DNA of 32,000 nt from Vibrio vulnificus CMCP6 (GTDB lineage: Bacteria; Pseudomonadota; Gammaproteobacteria; Enterobacterales; Vibrionaceae): positions 3,249,867-3,281,866 of the forward strand of contig NC_004459.3 in the NCBI RefSeq assembly GCF_000039765.1, given 5' to 3'. The first letter of the stretch is position 1. Every line of letters begins with the position of its first letter. The notes beneath the pieces are model-generated. The model was not told the DNA's origin. It did no database searches and saw nothing but the letters and a program-made list of their open reading frames with translations. Of the stretch, positions 28,413 through 32,000 are shown in pieces. Both the position numbers and the translations under genes were made by a program.

Positions 28413-29960
28413 ATGAAAGTTTTGATCGTAGAAGATGATAAGATCCAATCATCAAAGCTGAAAATAGATCTACGTAATCTTGGCTATAGCCAGGTTTATA
28501 TAGCGCCATCTTGCCAAGTTGCAATCGATTTGTATAAGGAGCATCGTTTTGAGCTTATTTTCTGCGATATACAACTGCCAGATAATGATGGCATCTATTT
28601 ACTCAACCAATTAGCGCATATTTCGCGTAGTCCCCATGTAATTATTATGAGTGCTAGCAGTAAAAAAGTTCTACTGCTTGTTGAGCAAATTAGCTCTATG
28701 CTGAAATTCAAGCGCGTATCGCGTATAGATAAACCTTATACAAAAGGTCAATTATCTGAGGTTGTCGAAGGTTCTCAAGCACGCCATCATTCCAGTGTTC
28801 AATTGAAACAAGCTAGGGCGTTGGAGTTTACAGAAAGAGAAATTGCTGAAGCAATCGCTCTACGTGAAATATTCGTCCACTATCAGCCTCAGGTCAATGT
28901 AGGTTCAGGATTTATTGTCGGTTTGGAGGTTTTAGCTCGTTGGGATCATCCGGATTATGGTTTGGTCTCTGCTGGTGAGTTTATTGATGCTATAACCAGT
29001 GATGAAATTTACATCAACTTGTTTAGAACCGTATTGGAGAAAGCCCTGATCGGAGCGAAAACACTCCACAAGTCAGTGACACTTTCAATCAATATCACTT
29101 ATCAAGATCTACAATGGGACGGGTTGTATGATGAGCTTGTCAAACAGTGCTCTAAGTATGAATTTGACGTTAGTCGGCTAACTCTAGAACTAACCGAAAG
29201 CCATTTGTATCAATCGGATATTCCCGCGCTATTAACCCTTTCGCGGTTAAAGCTACTTGGGGTAAACCTTTCGATAGATGATTTGGGGTCAGGCTACTCT
29301 TCGTTAAGTAAACTAACTCAAATTCCATTTGATGAGATCAAAATCGATAAAAGTTTCGTTCAGGGTATTGAGACAGATTACCAAAAATTTGTCATCGTTC
29401 AGTTATTACTAAACTTGGCAGAGCAATTGGGATTTTCGTGCGTTGTAGAAGGTGTAGAAACCGATGCCACGCTCCATTACTTAAAATCTATGGGGCGTTT
29501 TACGTGTCAAGGCTATTTGACAGGTCGACCAATGCCAATAAACCAAGTACAGGCTATGCTGAATCAACGGCTTTCCTCATCAGACTCAGTAGATCCTATT
29601 CACTGTTTAATTGTTGATGATCATCCAGTTGTTGGCTCTGCACTATGCCAAGCGTTTACGCGAGTCCACCAAGTACAAACTGTAGCGAGCGAAACCACTA
29701 TTCTCAAAGCGCTTAACTATATTCGAGATAGTTCTTGTAACTTGCTTTTGATTGATGTTGATTTACGTGGTGAGCATGGCTACGAGTTGATAAAGCAAGC
29801 TAAAAAGATTGGCTTTAATGGTAAGGCCATATTGATGACTTCGAGTGGGAATCGTTTTATTCCCGTTTCGCAGTTCGATGAAACAATCCAATTCGTAGAT
29901 AAAGAAATTCAAGTAGATCAGTTAGTTCATCAGGTAATTAGTATTGCAACAACTGACTGA
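28413..29960 (+). CDS. VieA-like REC-EAL phosphodiesterase with a C-terminal REC domain
   Basis: REC 'MKVLIVEDDKIQSSKL...FIFCDIQLPDNDG', EAL 'FVHYQPQVN...GLEVLAR', 'ELTES', 'DDLGSGYSS', 'IKIDKSFV', and second REC 'HCLIVDDHPVVGSAL...LLLIDVDLRGEHG'. No C-terminal HTH visible. Confidence 0.8.
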   Translation: MKVLIVEDDKIQSSKLKIDLRNLGYSQVYIAPSCQVAIDLYKEHRFELIFCDIQLPDNDGIYLLNQLAHISRSPHVIIMSASSKKVLLLVEQISSMLKFKRVSRIDKPYTKGQLSEVVEGSQARHHSSVQLKQARALEFTEREIAEAIALREIFVHYQPQVNVGSGFIVGLEVLARWDHPDYGLVSAGEFIDAITSDEIYINLFRTVLEKALIGAKTLHKSVTLSINITYQDLQWDGLYDELVKQCSKYEFDVSRLTLELTESHLYQSDIPALLTLSRLKLLGVNLSIDDLGSGYSSLSKLTQIPFDEIKIDKSFVQGIETDYQKFVIVQLLLNLAEQLGFSCVVEGVETDATLHYLKSMGRFTCQGYLTGRPMPINQVQAMLNQRLSSSDSVDPIHCLIVDDHPVVGSALCQAFTRVHQVQTVASETTILKALNYIRDSSCNLLLIDVDLRGEHGYELIKQAKKIGFNGKAILMTSSGNRFIPVSQFDETIQFVDKEIQVDQLVHQVISIATTD

Positions 29961-29976
29961 GTAGCCACCGGCTACT
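29960..29976. terminator. Possible weak terminator hairpin after the VieA-like gene
   Basis: AGTAGCC-ACC-GGCTACT, 7-bp stem, overlapping the stop codon. No following T tract. Confidence 0.3.
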
Positions 29977-30340
29977 CTAGAACACCTAGTTTGACTGGAT
30001 GTTTGAGATTTCCATTGGTATTTATATAGGAAACATATTGTTTTCTTTCCTATATCAAGAAACGCCTTAAGGTAGTTTGGCAACCCAAATTTCTCTTTTG
30101 AGAGGATATTGACGTAATTTATTGCATGTCGTCGCCGCTGGAAGGTGCTGATTACTGTACTAATTTTCAGCAATTTCTTTCGTAAATAACTGAGTGAGAA
30201 TCTAAACCTCCCACTAATTAGAGTTTTCGTCTTGTTCATTCATCATTAAACATTCCCATGGTGTCAGATCGTTGAGGGCATCATGATTTTCTCATTGCCT
30301 TCAATATCCTTTGATACCTCAGGCAATTTGTTTTTCTTCC

Positions 30341-30375
30341 ATCAAAACACCCATGTCCATATGGCGTGTTTTGAT
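30341..30375. repeat. Long imperfect inverted repeat / hairpin
   Basis: ATCAAAACAC-CCAT-gtccat-ATGG-c-GTGTTTTGAT. Stem of 10+4 bp with one bulge. Confidence 0.5.
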
Positions 30376-30451
30376 GTTTAAGGATATTCATACTGCCGAT
30401 AGATATCTACCAGAAACTATTATTCCCGTGAATTGATATCTTTTGCTCATC

Positions 30452-31960
30452 CTACTTATCGAACACCGATCCAGATAGGTCGAACTCGTTAACCGCACCT
30501 TCACCGCGAATAAAGATTCTGTGGTTGAAGCGCACGTAGTTGAGTTCGCCAGATGGGTCTTTCAGCAATTCACCAAGCGCTCCCTTATTCGGACCTTCGG
30601 TGATGATAAAATAACCCTCGGCGGTGTTTTCTACATTGGCAGGGGCAGGATCCGCTCCTTTAGTCAATGCTGAAAACTGGACAAACACATATTTGTCGCC
30701 ATCTTTACGGATCTCAATGTTTTGGGAATTACCCTTAAACACGCCGACGAAGGGGTCGAGCACAGACGGAGTCGCACCAACGGAGACCGGAGAGTTGGAT
30801 TCGATCTTCGTAAAGGCTTTGACCATTGCGTTAGCCACTTTTTTGTACGCTTCAGCTCCGCGATCGCTGTGAACCAAAACCACTACGGCAAAGTCGTGAT
30901 CCGGGATCAACTGCAGAAAAGAACGCGTACCGGGCCAATTCCCCCCATGGCTAGGGCTTGTGGTCCCATCGTAGTCGTGGACGAACCATGTCAGTCCGGT
31001 AAAGTCTCCGGTCGAAGCCTCGACTGCAGGTGCATGGGCATAGTCCAGCGCTTTTTTAGACAACAACTGCTTACCGGAGGCATCCTTACCGTCTAGCTGA
31101 AAGCGGGCGTATTTAAGCATGTCGGCCACCGTAGAGCGGAGTGCACCGGAGGCTGCGGACTCTCTAATCAACGGAATGTAGTACGGCTTGAGTTCACTGA
31201 TGCTGCCTTTCCCGTAGATCGGCGGATGGCCCCATGCGTAATCTTTAGCAGGAGGGGTAGCATCGTAATTAAAGGATGACGAATTCATGCCGAGCGGAGT
31301 TAACAGGTTCTCTTCGATCAGTGTCTCGATCGGCTTTCCACCGACATGAGACACTACATGTGTAGCGAAAGTGATACTGGTGTTGTTGTACATCCAGGTT
31401 TGATCGAACGGATAGATCTGCTGGGCGTAAGCCCCTTGAAGCATGACTTTCTCAGATATCGAACCACCTGGAGGAACACGAAGGAACCCATGGTCGCCAT
31501 ACCAGCCAGCACGATGGTGGAATAGGTCAACAACCCGCGCTTTAGATGTCGCCTCGGGATCTGAAACCCTCCACCACGGCAGAATATCGACGACACGTGC
31601 GTTTAAATCCAGAATGCCCTGTTCGGATTGCTGCATGGCTAGGGTCGCAAGGAAGGTTTTGGTCACAGAGCCAATTTGAAATTGTGTATCAGGGGTAACG
31701 GCCTCGTTGGTGCCCACCTTGGTGATACCGAGTCCGGCACTGTAGGTGTTAGGTCCATGAATAACACCGACAGCAAGTCCCGGTATGTGCATTTCTTTGA
31801 TCATTTTATTGACATCGGCAACGACGGCATTGAAGGTTGCTTGGCCTTCTTCCTGTGTCATTTTATTATTTTGATGTGCCAATGCCGGCTGCATTGTCAA
31901 TAAAGACGAAACTATTACGGTAGGTAATAATTTCATTTTCTTCTTATTGGCTTGATCCAT
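30452..31960 (-). CDS. Exported serine hydrolase of the beta-lactamase (class C/PBP4*-like) superfamily
   Basis: Signal peptide 'LLPTVIVSSLLTMQPALA', SxxK 'SVTK', YxN 'YNN', HGG 'SHGGNW', and a C-terminal extra domain. Confidence 0.85.
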   Translation of the reverse strand: MDQANKKKMKLLPTVIVSSLLTMQPALAHQNNKMTQEEGQATFNAVVADVNKMIKEMHIPGLAVGVIHGPNTYSAGLGITKVGTNEAVTPDTQFQIGSVTKTFLATLAMQQSEQGILDLNARVVDILPWWRVSDPEATSKARVVDLFHHRAGWYGDHGFLRVPPGGSISEKVMLQGAYAQQIYPFDQTWMYNNTSITFATHVVSHVGGKPIETLIEENLLTPLGMNSSSFNYDATPPAKDYAWGHPPIYGKGSISELKPYYIPLIRESAASGALRSTVADMLKYARFQLDGKDASGKQLLSKKALDYAHAPAVEASTGDFTGLTWFVHDYDGTTSPSHGGNWPGTRSFLQLIPDHDFAVVVLVHSDRGAEAYKKVANAMVKAFTKIESNSPVSVGATPSVLDPFVGVFKGNSQNIEIRKDGDKYVFVQFSALTKGADPAPANVENTAEGYFIITEGPNKGALGELLKDPSGELNYVRFNHRIFIRGEGAVNEFDLSGSVFDK

Positions 31961-32000
31961 ATTTATACCTTTTTAAACACTAACAGTTGAATTTAATTCG

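Noticed and set aside
29922-30239. 105-aa minus ORF after the VieA-like gene
   Set aside because: Basic composition, partly antisense to the VieA-like 3' end, with no domain recognised. Could be a degraded gene but not supportable.
30624-31903. Several ORFs antisense to or in alternative frames of the beta-lactamase-like gene
   Set aside because: Typical shadow ORFs in a more GC-rich coding sequence.
1-32000. CRISPR array, integron attC sites, tRNA attachment site, retron or DGR
   Set aside because: No regularly spaced repeats, no attC-like core/inverse-core sites, no tRNA-like cloverleaf and no reverse transcriptase motif (YxDD) noticed in the supplied ORFs. A full computational scan was not possible.

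Overview
The window reads as a Vibrio-like gammaproteobacterial chromosomal segment with a layered accessory island inserted at yfbR. Left to right: (1) the 3' end of an alaA-like aminotransferase gene, then a host-type yfbR cut off after '[12 protein letters not shown]'. It is followed by a complete, diverged second YfbR-like gene. (2) A tightly coupled operon at 1482-8268 encodes a small 'LAxxLGYKDH' protein, three tyrosine-recombinase-fold proteins (one apparently missing the first catalytic Arg), and an HTH/coiled-coil protein. A paralogue of the small protein follows at 8334-8789. (3) A decayed IS5/IS903-type element sits next to one of two inverted, nearly identical, already-broken IS630-family copies. 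(4) Between those copies is a cargo block at about 10.8-16.1 kb: XRE regulator with paired perfect operators, winged-helix/coiled-coil protein, SF2 helicase, small ORF, HAD-like protein with degenerate motifs, small C-terminal-TM protein, a cREC-like ORF with an in-frame stop, and a WYL/CapW-BrxR-type regulator. This is my main candidate for an undescribed defence or RNA-repair-related system. (5) IS110-family remnants flank an HlyD/DUF2955/phospholipase-D cluster. (6) A VieSAB-like signalling locus follows in the order REC-TPR, hybrid kinase, REC-EAL-REC. (7) The last gene is a secreted serine hydrolase of the beta-lactamase-like class C type. No tRNA, rRNA or CRISPR was recognised. All family calls come from reading motifs and recalling families; no search was run.
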